Below are positions 41,853-52,665 of a stretch of 64,000 nt of DNA, in pieces (position 1 is the first letter of the stretch; the number at the start of each line of letters is the position of its first letter). A model generated the notes under the pieces. It was not told the DNA's origin and did not search any database. It saw only the letters and a program-made list of their open reading frames with translations. Made by a program: the position numbers and the translations under genes. Source of the DNA: an uncultured delta proteobacterium. GTDB lineage: Bacteria > Desulfobacterota > Syntrophia > Syntrophales > UBA2185. The DNA is taken from positions 256,001 to 320,000 of the forward strand of contig CAVSPA010000005.1 in assembly GCA_963729715.1 (NCBI GenBank). Reading direction: 5' to 3'.

Positions 41853-42038
41853 AAACTCTGCAAGTTCTCGTCTGATACCCATATCAAGATTTGATAAGAA
41901 TGGCGCCGAATTGTCATATCGAGCGGAGTGAGACCTTTTGTAGTTATGCGCATTAAGACTCCTAGCTCGCATGCGGGATGAAAGACATTAAACGTATCCT
42001 CAGAATTAGACGAAGGTCACGACACAAAAGCCGGCACA

Positions 42039-43391
42039 ATGGATTTTGAAAAGATACTGATGGAATTAAAGAAGGGGAAGGCGGACCCTTCTCCCTGTTA
42101 TCTCCTGCACGGTGAAGAAAAATATCTTGTCAAAGATGCCCTGAATAAAATCATGGCCGCTCTCATCCCTGCAAGCGACAGGGATATGAATCTCTTTTTG
42201 GTGGATGGAGAGTCGGAAGACATAGACAGCATCTGCGAGACAATCCTGACGCCACCCCTCATTCCGGGAAGAAAAGTTGTTGTGCTGACAAACACCCGTC
42301 TTTTTCAAACAAAAATTGCCCTGCCGGAGATAGTACAAAAAATTCGACAGCATCTTACTAATGACCCCAACGTGGCAGTCAGGTATTTTATGCAATTCCT
42401 GAAGATCGCAGGCTGGAATATCGATGATCTCAGAGACGGCGGCTGGAAGAAAATTACTAGCGACAACTGGCAAAAGACTGTTGAAGGCGACAGCGGACAT
42501 GATAGGGCAACATGGCTACCAGAAATGATCGAGACTTGCATAAGCCACGGAGTGGATATGAGCAAGCACAGGGGGGTCGCGGAACGTCTTGAAGATACCC
42601 TGAGAAAAGGTATCCCGGCAGGCATCCATCTGATCATAACCGCAGAGACAGTAGACAAGAGGAAAAGGCTCTTCAAGACCATATCCGAGACGGGAATTAT
42701 CCTTAATTTTTCTCGGCCAAAAGGGGATGCGAAGCAGAAGAATGCCCTCATGGATATGGCAAAAAATCTCTTAGCTCAGAGTGGAAAACAACTGACGCCA
42801 GGCGCATGGATCGCTATCGGCAGGAAAACGGGCTTTGACCTTGCCGATTCCATGAAAGCTTTGGAAAAGCTTATCACCTATGCAGGTGATAAGAAATCAA
42901 TTGAAGAGTCCGATATCGAAGAGGTCGTGGGAAAAACGAAAGAAGATACGATTTTTGATTTAACGGGCGCCCTTGTCGCGAGGAAGTTGGATGTGGCGTT
43001 GTCAAATCTTAAAGATCTTTTCGATCAGGGTATAAACCATATATTGATCCTGTCAATGATAGCAAGGGAACTCAGATTTCTCCTCCATGCCAAGATGTTT
43101 CTCAGATCGGGTAAGCTTGGGTCTTTTGAGCCGAATATGGACTATGAAAAGTTTCAGAGATCCGTTTATCCGGTCATTGGAGAATGGAGGGGCGATAAAG
43201 GGGGGAAAAGCGGTCTGGATGGTCAACATCCGTACGTCATTTATAGTGCCTTAAAAAGCTCTTATCGATTCTCATACGAGCGCCTGTTGAAACATTTGGA
43301 GGACCTAGTCGATATGGACATTGCCTTCAAGACCACGACGAAGGAGCCGAAGTTTATGCTGGAGCGCTTTATTGTGAAAGTCTGTACGTAA
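42039..43391 (+). CDS. holA: DNA polymerase III delta subunit
   Basis: YLLHGEEKYL, VDKRKRLFK, LEKLITY, IFDL; carries an internal insertion. Confidence 0.8.
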   Translation: MDFEKILMELKKGKADPSPCYLLHGEEKYLVKDALNKIMAALIPASDRDMNLFLVDGESEDIDSICETILTPPLIPGRKVVVLTNTRLFQTKIALPEIVQKIRQHLTNDPNVAVRYFMQFLKIAGWNIDDLRDGGWKKITSDNWQKTVEGDSGHDRATWLPEMIETCISHGVDMSKHRGVAERLEDTLRKGIPAGIHLIITAETVDKRKRLFKTISETGIILNFSRPKGDAKQKNALMDMAKNLLAQSGKQLTPGAWIAIGRKTGFDLADSMKALEKLITYAGDKKSIEESDIEEVVGKTKEDTIFDLTGALVARKLDVALSNLKDLFDQGINHILILSMIARELRFLLHAKMFLRSGKLGSFEPNMDYEKFQRSVYPVIGEWRGDKGGKSGLDGQHPYVIYSALKSSYRFSYERLLKHLEDLVDMDIAFKTTTKEPKFMLERFIVKVCT

Positions 43392-43486
43392 ATGAAACCA
43401 GCAACAGATGCCGGATCTCAGCAGTAAGAGTGAAGCTCCCCTTTTTTCACTTGCAAAATGACTTTTCTTTAAGGAGACTTTTTTCT

Positions 43487-45409
43487 ATGTCTCAAAAAAT
43501 ACCAGAATATCGTCGTAAGCTATTGATTTGTCTTCTTCTTACGTTGGTAGTGCTCGCTGCATTCTGGCAGGTTAGGAACAGCGATTTCGTCAATTTCGAT
43601 GACCCGAGGTGCACCACAGAAAACCTGCATATACAGGGCGGATTGAATCCGGAATTTCTGAAATGGGCCTTCACGACGAGTCATGCCGGCTACTGGCAGC
43701 CCCTTACCTGGTTGTCCTTCGCGATGGATTATCAGCTGTTCGGACTCAATGCAGGAGGATACCACATCGTCAATCTTCTCTTGCATATAGTCAACACCTT
43801 ATTGTTGTTTCTAATTTTCAACCGCATGACCCACGCTCTGTGGAAAAGCGCCTTTATGGCTGCTCTATTCGCCCTTCATCCCATCCATGTGGAGTCTGTG
43901 GCCTGGATAGCTGAGAGAAAGGATGTTCTCAGCGCCTTCTTCTGGATGCTCACGATGGGAGCTTATGTCCTCTATGCGGAGAAGCCGGGAGTGAGGAAAT
44001 ATCTGCTCACCATTGTATTGTTTTCCTTCGGACTCATGGTGAAGCCAATGCTGGTTAGTCTGCCATGTGTGCTGTTAGTACTCGATTACTGGCCGCTGGG
44101 CCGCCTTCGCTTCAATGACTCCCTTGATGTTCCAAAAATACCAGAATCAAAAAAAGAAAAGAAGAGTGCGAGAAAAATCTCAGCTTCAGCTAGAAGCAAA
44201 GAGGCCACGCTACCGGAGCAGTCACAGTTTTTACAAAGGTTATGGCCTGTCATACGAGAAAAAATCCCTTTCTTTGCCCTCTCGGCTATCTCAAGTATTG
44301 TGACTGCCATAGGGCAACAAAAGGCGGGGGCGATGGAATCTCTCGAAATACTTCCCATCGCCACACGAATCGGCAATGCCTTGATCTCTTATATACGTTA
44401 CATCGGAATGACCATATACCCGCACGGTCTGGCCGTGTTTTATCCATATAGGGGAACGATTTCACCATGGGAAGTCTTCCTTGCCGCTGCATTCTTATTA
44501 ATCGCAACCTTAATGATCTTTCGATGGGCAGCAAAGATGCCCTATCTTGTCATGGGATGGTTATGGTACCTGGGAACACTCGTTCCTGTAATCGGCATAA
44601 TACAGGTGGGAATGCAGTCTATGGCAGATCGATATACCTATATTCCGATAATCGGTCTTTTTGTGGCAACCACGTGGGCGGTACCTGATATCACAAGAAA
44701 TTGGCGTTATCGGCAATACATACTTTCCGCCGGAGCAGTAATTGTTTTATCAGCTTTAATGTTCTCAACCCGGATGCAGGTCAAGTACTGGCAAAACAGT
44801 ATCACTCTTTTTGAGCATGCCATTCAGGTTACGGATAATAATTATCTGGCGCACAACAACCTGGGGGTTGCTTTGAGCAGCACTGGAAAAAGAGAAGAAG
44901 CCATGGCGCAATATAGAGAGGCTATCAGAATAAAACCAAACTATGAAAATGCCATCTTCAATTTAGCAAATAACTTATCTGCACAAGGCAGGACTGATGA
45001 GGCTATTCTATGTTATCAAGAAGCTCTTAGGCTACGGCCAAATTATGCCAAGGCACATAACAATCTTGCAACACTGTTAATTTCAAAGAAGATGTTTAAG
45101 GAAGCAATTGGTCACTACCAGGAAGCACTCAAAACCGATCCAACAAATTCGGCTACGCACTATAACCTGGGAGCAGCCTGGCTGTCGATTGATCACTTTG
45201 AGGATGCCGTTGGTCAGTTCCAGGAAGCAGTAAGAATCAATCCCCGATTTAGTCAAGCTCACAACGCCTGGGGGATAGCCCTAGCCCGATCGGGGAAGAC
45301 TGCTGAGGCCATCAACCATTTCAGGGAGGCTCTACGAATAAAACCTAATTTTAGAGAAGCAAATGACAACCTGAGGGCAGCATTGGCGCAACAGAATATG
45401 CGTCGTTGA
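43487..45409 (+). CDS. TMTC-like GT-C membrane protein with C-terminal TPRs (copy 1)
   Basis: FVNFDD, WQPLTW, HPIHVESVAWIAERKD, ADRYTY, WQNS, then multiple TPRs. Confidence 0.85.
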   Translation: MSQKIPEYRRKLLICLLLTLVVLAAFWQVRNSDFVNFDDPRCTTENLHIQGGLNPEFLKWAFTTSHAGYWQPLTWLSFAMDYQLFGLNAGGYHIVNLLLHIVNTLLLFLIFNRMTHALWKSAFMAALFALHPIHVESVAWIAERKDVLSAFFWMLTMGAYVLYAEKPGVRKYLLTIVLFSFGLMVKPMLVSLPCVLLVLDYWPLGRLRFNDSLDVPKIPESKKEKKSARKISASARSKEATLPEQSQFLQRLWPVIREKIPFFALSAISSIVTAIGQQKAGAMESLEILPIATRIGNALISYIRYIGMTIYPHGLAVFYPYRGTISPWEVFLAAAFLLIATLMIFRWAAKMPYLVMGWLWYLGTLVPVIGIIQVGMQSMADRYTYIPIIGLFVATTWAVPDITRNWRYRQYILSAGAVIVLSALMFSTRMQVKYWQNSITLFEHAIQVTDNNYLAHNNLGVALSSTGKREEAMAQYREAIRIKPNYENAIFNLANNLSAQGRTDEAILCYQEALRLRPNYAKAHNNLATLLISKKMFKEAIGHYQEALKTDPTNSATHYNLGAAWLSIDHFEDAVGQFQEAVRINPRFSQAHNAWGIALARSGKTAEAINHFREALRIKPNFREANDNLRAALAQQNMRR

Positions 45410-45514
45410 CATTATTTCTAGGCCCATTACCGGAGAAATCAAAGTTTTCAATGAAGCGCTTAACCGAGACTGTCTGGACATGAACTAACCAGGTAAGAAT
45501 ACTAAAGATTACCG

Positions 45515-45697
45515 TCAGGAGCGAAGTCCTCTATTCTACTTCTAAATAATCCTTATTTAAGGACTTCTTTTGTCTCTCAAGAAATACCAAACTATTGTAG
45601 CCAGCTTCTGATTTGTCTCTTTCTCACTTTTGAAGTACCTGCTACATTCTGGCAGGTCATCCTTATCAACATGTCGTGATTGACGACCCAGATGCGA
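45515..45697 (+). pseudogene. decayed 5' fragment of a TMTC-like gene
   Basis: SQEIPNYCSQLLICLFLTFEVPATFWQV aligns with MSQKIPEYRRKLLICLLLTLVVLAAFWQV of the 43487 gene; start codon lost and an in-frame stop follows. Confidence 0.75.
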
Positions 45698-45804
45698 TGA
45701 AAAATTCAAACGCAGTAATAAGGTCAATTCAAGCGCATAGCATGTAGAGATGTAGCACTAATCTTAAAAATCAAAAAAGAGGAAATCTGCTTAATCAGTC
45801 AAAC

Positions 45805-46341
45805 TCAAAGTTTCCGCATTCTATCCATTGCTGACTTTTTCCTCCGGGAAAGTCTCCTAGATGGGCCTTTCTTCTTTGCTGGTCCCCTTGTTGCATCGGC
45901 TTCTTCTTTATCTGATCGTTCGGCCTCATGGCAGGCATGGCCAGTCATCGCGGTTTTCGCCCTCTCCATCAGCTCATCAAAATCATGGGATGAAATTGCT
46001 GTTCCCCCTCGGTGACTGACAAAATCGGCAATGTCCCTGTCCGACGTGACAACAACCAGTTCTTCCGCCCTTCCCTGAACCATGCGTTTGATGACTTCAT
46101 CTGCTTTCTCACCTTTTCGGGAATATATGATGTCTATCCCTGAAAGTTTATCCCTTTCTTCCTCGACAGGTCCACCTTGCCAGCCGTCGAAAACGATGGT
46201 AACCTTGTGTCCTCTCTGTTTCTTGTAACGGGATACACTTCTTGCCAGGGCATTTCTGCCCGCCTCCAGGCTTAGTCTCTCATATCGCCTCAGTGCATCG
46301 GATTGCCTTATCAGATTGTAACCGTCAATTATGATGTGCAA
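45805..46341 (-). CDS. NYN-domain (YacP/Rae1-like) ribonuclease
   Basis: IIDGYNL, VFDG, ADEVI, VVTSD; TTG start inferred. Confidence 0.88.
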   Translation of the reverse strand: MHIIIDGYNLIRQSDALRRYERLSLEAGRNALARSVSRYKKQRGHKVTIVFDGWQGGPVEEERDKLSGIDIIYSRKGEKADEVIKRMVQGRAEELVVVTSDRDIADFVSHRGGTAISSHDFDELMERAKTAMTGHACHEAERSDKEEADATRGPAKKKGPSRRLSRRKKSAMDRMRKL

Positions 46342-46814
46342 GATGGATGGTACCTGCTTTATTTCGTTATCGATAATTTCGGACAGGAAGAATGATCCAT
46401 TTGCCACGCCGCTCGCGAGCACCTTGTGTCAAATTATTTATTTTTTTATTGTAATCCGCTTTTTTCTTGACCTCGACACCGCGATTCTGCTATTTTCCGC
46501 TTGTTTTTATATTAGAAAGTTCTTTGCAGGTCAGTTTCTTTCTTAACAACTTCTGCAGGTAAGTGTCAACAGAATACGCTACCCCGTAACGATGAAGATT
46601 AAGATGTCCATGAACCTTCGGTATTAGTTTAGATTCCTGATGCAAATGATTCCTCATGAGCAGAGGCAATGAGTGGAAACAGATGTCTTTGTATAAAGCG
46701 TAAGCTTCAAGGTATGTCCGTCGACTACCTCATTGTTGACGGAGCTCCCAAGACCAGTACGGGTAGGATTAGTATAATTCGACTTAGAAAATTATATGCC
46801 TAGGAGGACAAGAA

Positions 46815-47957
46815 ATGGATTTTGAATTGAACGATGAACTGAAGATGCTGAAGGAGATGTCATACAAATTTGCCCAGGCCGAATTTACCGGGATATCCCA
46901 CGAATGTGACGAGGGAGAGAAATACACTCCGGACATTCGCAGAAAGGCCGCTGAAAATGGTCTCATCGGGGCCTGGATTTCCGAAGAATATGGTGGCGCG
47001 GGAGCAGGTTTTTTAGGCAATGCCATCATCATGGAAGAATTGTCCAAGGTGGATATGGGGATCGCCTTGAATGTCGTTGCCGCCACATTCGGCTGCGAAT
47101 CCATAGTACACTTCGGGTCGGAAGAGCAAAAAAAGACCTATCTCCCTCCCGTATGCAGGGGTGAACAGGTAAGTGCGGGGGCATTTACGGAGCCCAACGC
47201 CGGCACAGATGTGGCAGGATACAGAACTAAGGCTGTTAAAGACGGAAATAACTACGTCATCAGCGGAAATAAGATGTTCATAACCAATGGAAGCGTCTGT
47301 GACTTCATGGTAGCCCAGTGCATTACCAACCCGGAGGAAAAAAAGCACAACAGCTTCAGCCTTATTATCGTTCGTGCCGATACCCCGGGAATAACGAGAA
47401 ACAAGATCCATGGAAAAATGGGTATCCGTTCCAGTGACACGGCAGAAATCGCTTTCGAAGATGTGCGGGTTCCCCGGACTAACCTGGTTGGCAAGGAAGG
47501 AAACGGCTTCCGGCAGTTGATGCATTTCTTTGATACAACAAGAGTGATGGTTGCCGCCCAGGCCCTCGGCCTCTCCGAAGCCTGTCTGGAAACGAGCATC
47601 AAGTATGTCAAGGAAAGAACGGCTTTTGGAGCCCCCCTGGGTTCCTACCAGTTGACCCAGATGAAACTGACGGAGATGGCGATCAAGGTAGAGGCTCTAC
47701 GGGGTCTTATTTATAGATCGGCATGGCTTCTTGATGAGGGCAGGCCGGACTACACTCTGGCTGCGATGGCAAAATATTACGGAGGTCAGACGGCGGTCTT
47801 CTGTGCGAACTACGCCGTGGAATTGCACGGCGGGTATGGTTACATCGATGAGTACAGCGTCCAGAAATGGTACCGTGACGCTAAGATTCTCGAACTTTAC
47901 GAAGGAACCAAAGAAGCTGAAATCATGACCATCGGCAGGATACTGCAGACACGGTAG
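46815..47957 (+). CDS. acyl-CoA dehydrogenase (about 380-aa form)
   Basis: AFTEPNAGTD, GNKMFITNG, KMGIRSS, HGGYGY, LYEGTKE. Confidence 0.95.
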   Translation: MDFELNDELKMLKEMSYKFAQAEFTGISHECDEGEKYTPDIRRKAAENGLIGAWISEEYGGAGAGFLGNAIIMEELSKVDMGIALNVVAATFGCESIVHFGSEEQKKTYLPPVCRGEQVSAGAFTEPNAGTDVAGYRTKAVKDGNNYVISGNKMFITNGSVCDFMVAQCITNPEEKKHNSFSLIIVRADTPGITRNKIHGKMGIRSSDTAEIAFEDVRVPRTNLVGKEGNGFRQLMHFFDTTRVMVAAQALGLSEACLETSIKYVKERTAFGAPLGSYQLTQMKLTEMAIKVEALRGLIYRSAWLLDEGRPDYTLAAMAKYYGGQTAVFCANYAVELHGGYGYIDEYSVQKWYRDAKILELYEGTKEAEIMTIGRILQTR

Positions 47958-47963
47958 TCATTC

Positions 47964-48010
47964 AAAAAATGCCCCCATCCCCGCCTTGACATATGGGGAT
48001 AGGGGCATTT
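47964..48010. terminator. probable bidirectional terminator between convergent ACAD and rpe
   Basis: AAATGCCCC-C-ATCCCC...GGGGAT-A-GGGGCATTT inverted repeat. Confidence 0.6.
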
Positions 48011-48027
48011 CCAATTTTGAGTGGAAA

Positions 48028-48687
48028 TCAACCGCCTATTTGGCCTTTCATGGCGCTGATGGCATGAGCATAGTCTCCACTCCCGAAAACAGCGGCACCC
48101 GAGACTATGACGTCTGCACCGGCTTCGGCAACCAATCTGATATTATCGAGAGTAATGCCGCCATCAACTTCAATGGCGACATCCGGTGAAATGGCATTCA
48201 CCATATCCCTGGCTTGCCCTATCTTCGTGAGGATACGCTCTATGAATTTCTGTCCTCCGAATCCGGGATTGACGGACATAACAAGAAGGAGATCAACGTC
48301 TTTCAGAATCGGTTCAACCTGAACGAGCGGCGTGGCAGGATTAAGAGACACACCCGCCTTGACGCCCCTTTCCTTTATCTGGGCAATTGTCCTGTGGAGG
48401 TGCAATGCCGCCTCGACGTGAACTGTTATGATATCACTCCCAGCTTCGGCAAAGGAGTCTATATAACGTTCCGGATTTGAAATCATGAGATGCACGTCAA
48501 GAGGAAGTCTCGTGATCTTTCGCAGCCATTTTACCGGATTTGGCCCGATTGTGATATTTGGAACGAAATGACCATCCATTACATCCACGTGTATCCAGTC
48601 GGCGCCCGCCGCTTCCACGGCCATGATTTCTTCGCCAAGCCTGCTGAAGTCAGCAGAAAGAATGGAGGGGGCAATCTTTTTCACCAC
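48028..48687 (-). CDS. rpe: ribulose-phosphate 3-epimerase
   Basis: IAPSILSADF, HVDVMDGHFVPN, MSVNPGFGGQ, VDGG. Confidence 0.98.
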   Translation of the reverse strand: MVKKIAPSILSADFSRLGEEIMAVEAAGADWIHVDVMDGHFVPNITIGPNPVKWLRKITRLPLDVHLMISNPERYIDSFAEAGSDIITVHVEAALHLHRTIAQIKERGVKAGVSLNPATPLVQVEPILKDVDLLLVMSVNPGFGGQKFIERILTKIGQARDMVNAISPDVAIEVDGGITLDNIRLVAEAGADVIVSGAAVFGSGDYAHAISAMKGQIGG

Positions 48688-48884
48688 ATGCCTTCTTTTC
48701 CGTTCTCTTGAAACTTATGAGAAAATGTGTTTTGCGTTACTTTTAAAAGAGGAGCACTGACAGAATGTCTGTACACCATCAATGATGACCTGTCAATAAT
48801 TACTGAACGGTAGAAAAGACCCTTGACAAAATAATTGCAACAGCCCATGCTTTCGGCAAAATAGCAAATATATAATTGCAATCA

Positions 48885-50180
48885 ATGTACCTACTTTACA
48901 ACATTCTTCTAGTCATGGCTGCCCTGCTCGCTCTCCCTTACTATGCGATTAAAATGACGCTTACGGGAAAATACAGAAAGAGCATGGGGCCGAAGTTCGG
49001 GCTTGTGAGGCCTTCAATCTTTGCGGAGATGAAGGGTAGCCCCAGGATATGGATACATGCCGTTTCTGTCGGTGAGGTAACTGCTGCGGCACCGATTGTC
49101 GCTTCTTTAAGAACGCACTTCCCTGAAGCCTGTATTGTACTGTCCACCAGCACGGAAACCGGTCAGGATATGGCCAGAAGGATCGTCGCCGGAGCGACGT
49201 CTTTCATATACTATCCTCTTGATATACCATTTGTCGTAAGAAAGATGATCACGAAGGTGAGACCTGACATATTTATCCTGACAGAGACGGAACTCTGGCC
49301 CAATTTTATTAGGGTGTGTAAAAAGCAGGGTGTGAAGGTTATAATGGTTAACGGTCGCATCTCTCAGCGCTCATATCAGAGGTATGCCCTGACGAAGTTC
49401 TTCTGGAAAGACGTTATAAATTTGATCGATGAGATGGGTGTGATTTCCATAATTGACGCCGAGAGGTTGATGGCTATTGGAATGGCTCGATCGAGAGTTC
49501 ATATCATGGGAAATGCAAAGTACGACAGTCTGGCAGCGAAGGCAACACTCCCTGTCCGGGAAGAGATGGAAAGAAGGCTGAACCTGACCGCAATGGACAG
49601 GGTCTTCGTGGCGGGAAGCACGCATGACGGCGAAGAGAAAATCATCCTCCATGTTTACGGGCGCATCCTTGAGACATACCCTGATTTCAAATTGATAATC
49701 ATCCCCCGGCACCCTGAAAGAGGTCATACAGTCCTGTCCTTGGTCAAGGAGGCTGGCTTTGAGGATTGTATGACGATGACCGAAATCGCGGGAGGCAGGC
49801 AGCGAACCGGTGAACGTGTCATTGTAATTGATGTAATCGGCGAACTCTTCAAAATATACTCTCTCGCTTCTGTGGTCTTCTGCGGCGGTTCCCTTGTCCC
49901 AAAGGGCGGGCAGAACATCCTCGAACCTGCCGCATGGGGCAGGGTCATCTTTTATGGACCTTCCATGGATGATTTCAAGGATGAGAGGGAACTGTTTGAA
50001 AAGGCCGGAGCTGGAATAACGGTGAGAAGCGGCGAAGAATTACTCGCAGGTATACTGGCGCTCGTGTCTAATCCTGACACGCTTGCCAGAAGGGGAGAGG
50101 AGGGGCGAAGGATTGTGGTTTCCAATATGGGGGCCGCAGATAGATACGCCGAGATGGTTAGGTCACACATTGGGAAATAG
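48885..50180 (+). CDS. waaA: 3-deoxy-D-manno-octulosonic acid transferase
   Basis: WIHAVSVGE, ETELWPN, GNAKYD, AGSTH, PRHPER, GGQNILEPA. Confidence 0.95.
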   Translation: MYLLYNILLVMAALLALPYYAIKMTLTGKYRKSMGPKFGLVRPSIFAEMKGSPRIWIHAVSVGEVTAAAPIVASLRTHFPEACIVLSTSTETGQDMARRIVAGATSFIYYPLDIPFVVRKMITKVRPDIFILTETELWPNFIRVCKKQGVKVIMVNGRISQRSYQRYALTKFFWKDVINLIDEMGVISIIDAERLMAIGMARSRVHIMGNAKYDSLAAKATLPVREEMERRLNLTAMDRVFVAGSTHDGEEKIILHVYGRILETYPDFKLIIIPRHPERGHTVLSLVKEAGFEDCMTMTEIAGGRQRTGERVIVIDVIGELFKIYSLASVVFCGGSLVPKGGQNILEPAAWGRVIFYGPSMDDFKDERELFEKAGAGITVRSGEELLAGILALVSNPDTLARRGEEGRRIVVSNMGAADRYAEMVRSHIGK

Positions 50181-50264
50181 ATTGTCGATCTACGTATTCA
50201 ATATGTGATAATGATAAATCATCAACCACGCTGAAATAGATCCCACCCTTTGATTAAGACAGTA

Positions 50265-51164
50265 TCAGCCCTCGGCCCGATTAAGGTACTCATTCCATCT
50301 GGTGTCAACCCACCTCTGGAGCTGCCTCAGTTGCTCAATGCTCATCTTCCGGAATCGCCCCTGTCTTTCCACGTAATTGATGACAGACAGCTTATTCCCT
50401 TTTTCCGCAAGTGTCTTACTTCTCCCGGTAAAGCGAAATTTGCCATCCTCAATCTCGAAGAGGACGACGATCCCCGTTTCTACGGCAAGCCTCCCGATAC
50501 GCACGGTGTCCTTGGGCGCATAACCCCATCCCGGCGGGCAGGGGACGGCGATCTGCACGTACCTCGCTCCCTTGATGCGCTTGGCCTTGACAAATTTATC
50601 GTACAGGTCAATCGGATAGGCCGATGAAGTGGTGGCGAGATAAGGTAGGTCGTGGGCTTCCATGATTCGCAGCATATCCTTCTTGGGTTGCTGCTTGGTG
50701 AGCACCGGCGTGGTAGAGGTCAATGCCCCCATGGGCGTGGCACTAGAGCGCTGTGTGCCCGTGTTCATATACCCCTCGTTGTCGTAGCATACATAGATGA
50801 AGTCCGTTCCTCTTTCGGCCGCCCCGCTCAGGGCCTGAATTCCCATGTCGAAAGTACCGCCGTCTCCGGCGATGGCCACGACAGTAATATCCGTGCGGTT
50901 CACAGCATTCAAGCCGGCGACAAGACCAGAAGCGGAGGCAGCCGTACTGGCGAATGTGCAATTGAGGGCGGGAATAGTCACGGATGTCGTCGGATACAGA
51001 CCGTGGAGAACTGTCAGGCAGCAGGCCGGAAATGTCACAATCGTATTTTCACGCAGTGCTTTTAGAACATAGCGATATGCGAGGGAGAGGCCGCAACCCT
51101 GGCAAGCTCTCTGCCCCGGGAGCATATACTCTTCAATATTAACCTTGAACAGGTTCTCTGGCAT
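50265..51164 (-). CDS. 2-oxoacid:ferredoxin oxidoreductase beta subunit
   Basis: ACQGCG, TPP motif GDGG..DNEGYMNTG, PCPPGW. Confidence 0.92.
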   Translation of the reverse strand: MPENLFKVNIEEYMLPGQRACQGCGLSLAYRYVLKALRENTIVTFPACCLTVLHGLYPTTSVTIPALNCTFASTAASASGLVAGLNAVNRTDITVVAIAGDGGTFDMGIQALSGAAERGTDFIYVCYDNEGYMNTGTQRSSATPMGALTSTTPVLTKQQPKKDMLRIMEAHDLPYLATTSSAYPIDLYDKFVKAKRIKGARYVQIAVPCPPGWGYAPKDTVRIGRLAVETGIVVLFEIEDGKFRFTGRSKTLAEKGNKLSVINYVERQGRFRKMSIEQLRQLQRWVDTRWNEYLNRAEG

Positions 51165-51168
51165 ATTA

Positions 51169-52377
51169 TCACTCCGTAAAACAGTTTAGCCATTTCGGCG
51201 CAGGTTCCGTATCTCCAGCAGCGATTGCATCCCGTGATGACCGTACAGCCTCGGCGAGTTCCCTCGCCTTGACATCCCGACCCCCAAGGCCACAGATGTA
51301 ATTGTGGATAGGCAGTCGTATATCTGTCCCGTAAAAGGCCGCCTTGATTTCGGAACATAGCGCTCCTTCATACCCGTAACTGATCCCCTTTTCGAAGACG
51401 CAGATGGCCTTTGCCTTCCTGAAGGCCGCGCGGACATCTTCTTTCGGAAAGGGCCTGAAGACCCTGATTCCGATAACTCCGGCATTAAGCCCCTCTGACC
51501 TCAGCATATCCACGGCTGTGGTGGCTTCGCTTGCCACAGAACCCATCCCAACAAGTATCATCTCGGCGTCATCTGTCTTGTATTGCCATAGCATGCCGCC
51601 GCAATCTCTCCCGAAGGCACCGGCAAATTCACGGCTCGTGGAGACAATAACGTCGCGGGATTCAATGAGGGCCTTCTGAAGCTTGTATCGCATTTCCATA
51701 TAGCCGTCACACAGCACACCCTCTGTATTAGCCCTTCGCCATGGGAAAAGAACAGGGTTGATATTCATGGGAGCCTCCGGCGAGAGAATCGTGTGGGGTT
51801 TATAAGGGGGCAGGAAATCGGAGACAACCACAGCATCAGGGATATCCACAGGCATCATCGTATGAGACATGACAAAACCATCATAACAGATCATGACGGG
51901 CACATAAACCGACTCGGCAATCCGGTACGCCTGAATAATGGAATCAATAATCTCCTGGTTGTCCCGGCAGTAAATTTGTATCCAGCCTGTATCGCGCTGT
52001 GCGATGGAATCCTGCTGGTCGTTGAAGATCGTCCACGGAGCGCCCACTCCACGGTTGATGCAGCACAACACAATAGGCAGCCTTGCGCCGGCTGCCCAGT
52101 GTATCTGCTCATGCATGTAAAGCAGTCCCTGGGAGCTCGTGGAAGTGAAGACGCGTGCCCCCACAGTGGATGCCGATATACAAACCGCAAGAGCGGAATG
52201 CTCTGATTCAACGCGGATATATTCTGCCTTGAGTTCTCCGCCCTCAATCAACTGGGAAAGCATCTCTGTCACAGAGGTCTGCGGCGTAATGGGATAGGCC
52301 GCCACGACCTGAACATGGCTGAGCTTCGCCCCAAGAGCCGCGGCCTGGTTGCCCGTTATGATTTGCACTTCAGCCAT
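51169..52377 (-). CDS. 2-oxoacid:ferredoxin oxidoreductase alpha subunit
   Basis: AYPITPQT, ESEHSA, TSSQGL, GLGGRD. Confidence 0.92.
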   Translation of the reverse strand: MAEVQIITGNQAAALGAKLSHVQVVAAYPITPQTSVTEMLSQLIEGGELKAEYIRVESEHSALAVCISASTVGARVFTSTSSQGLLYMHEQIHWAAGARLPIVLCCINRGVGAPWTIFNDQQDSIAQRDTGWIQIYCRDNQEIIDSIIQAYRIAESVYVPVMICYDGFVMSHTMMPVDIPDAVVVSDFLPPYKPHTILSPEAPMNINPVLFPWRRANTEGVLCDGYMEMRYKLQKALIESRDVIVSTSREFAGAFGRDCGGMLWQYKTDDAEMILVGMGSVASEATTAVDMLRSEGLNAGVIGIRVFRPFPKEDVRAAFRKAKAICVFEKGISYGYEGALCSEIKAAFYGTDIRLPIHNYICGLGGRDVKARELAEAVRSSRDAIAAGDTEPAPKWLNCFTE

Positions 52378-52663
52378 TCTTCTCCCCCTCGTTCACCATG
52401 GATATCGCTTTTCCGGGACACTCCTCAGCACATATGCCGCAACCTTTGCAGTATTCCAGATCAATTTCCAGGGGAATCGTCGCTTTGATTACTCCTTCCG
52501 GACAATAGAGCCAGCAGAGAAAGCAGGCAGCCTTTTTCTTAATGGAGGGGATACACTTTGAATGATCGCAAACGGGCCTCATGTCCCGCCAGTCCCCCGT
52601 CTTCCCCGCTTCTCCAACTGCCGGTGTGGCCATGGCGGAAATATTCGTGTCTCTTTTCTTCAC
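52370..52663 (-). CDS. 2-oxoacid:ferredoxin oxidoreductase delta subunit (2[4Fe-4S])
   Basis: TGDWR..P, CFLCWLYCPE, CKGCGICAEECP. Confidence 0.92.
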   Translation of the reverse strand: MKKRDTNISAMATPAVGEAGKTGDWRDMRPVCDHSKCIPSIKKKAACFLCWLYCPEGVIKATIPLEIDLEYCKGCGICAEECPGKAISMVNEGEKNG

Positions 52664-52665
52664 AA

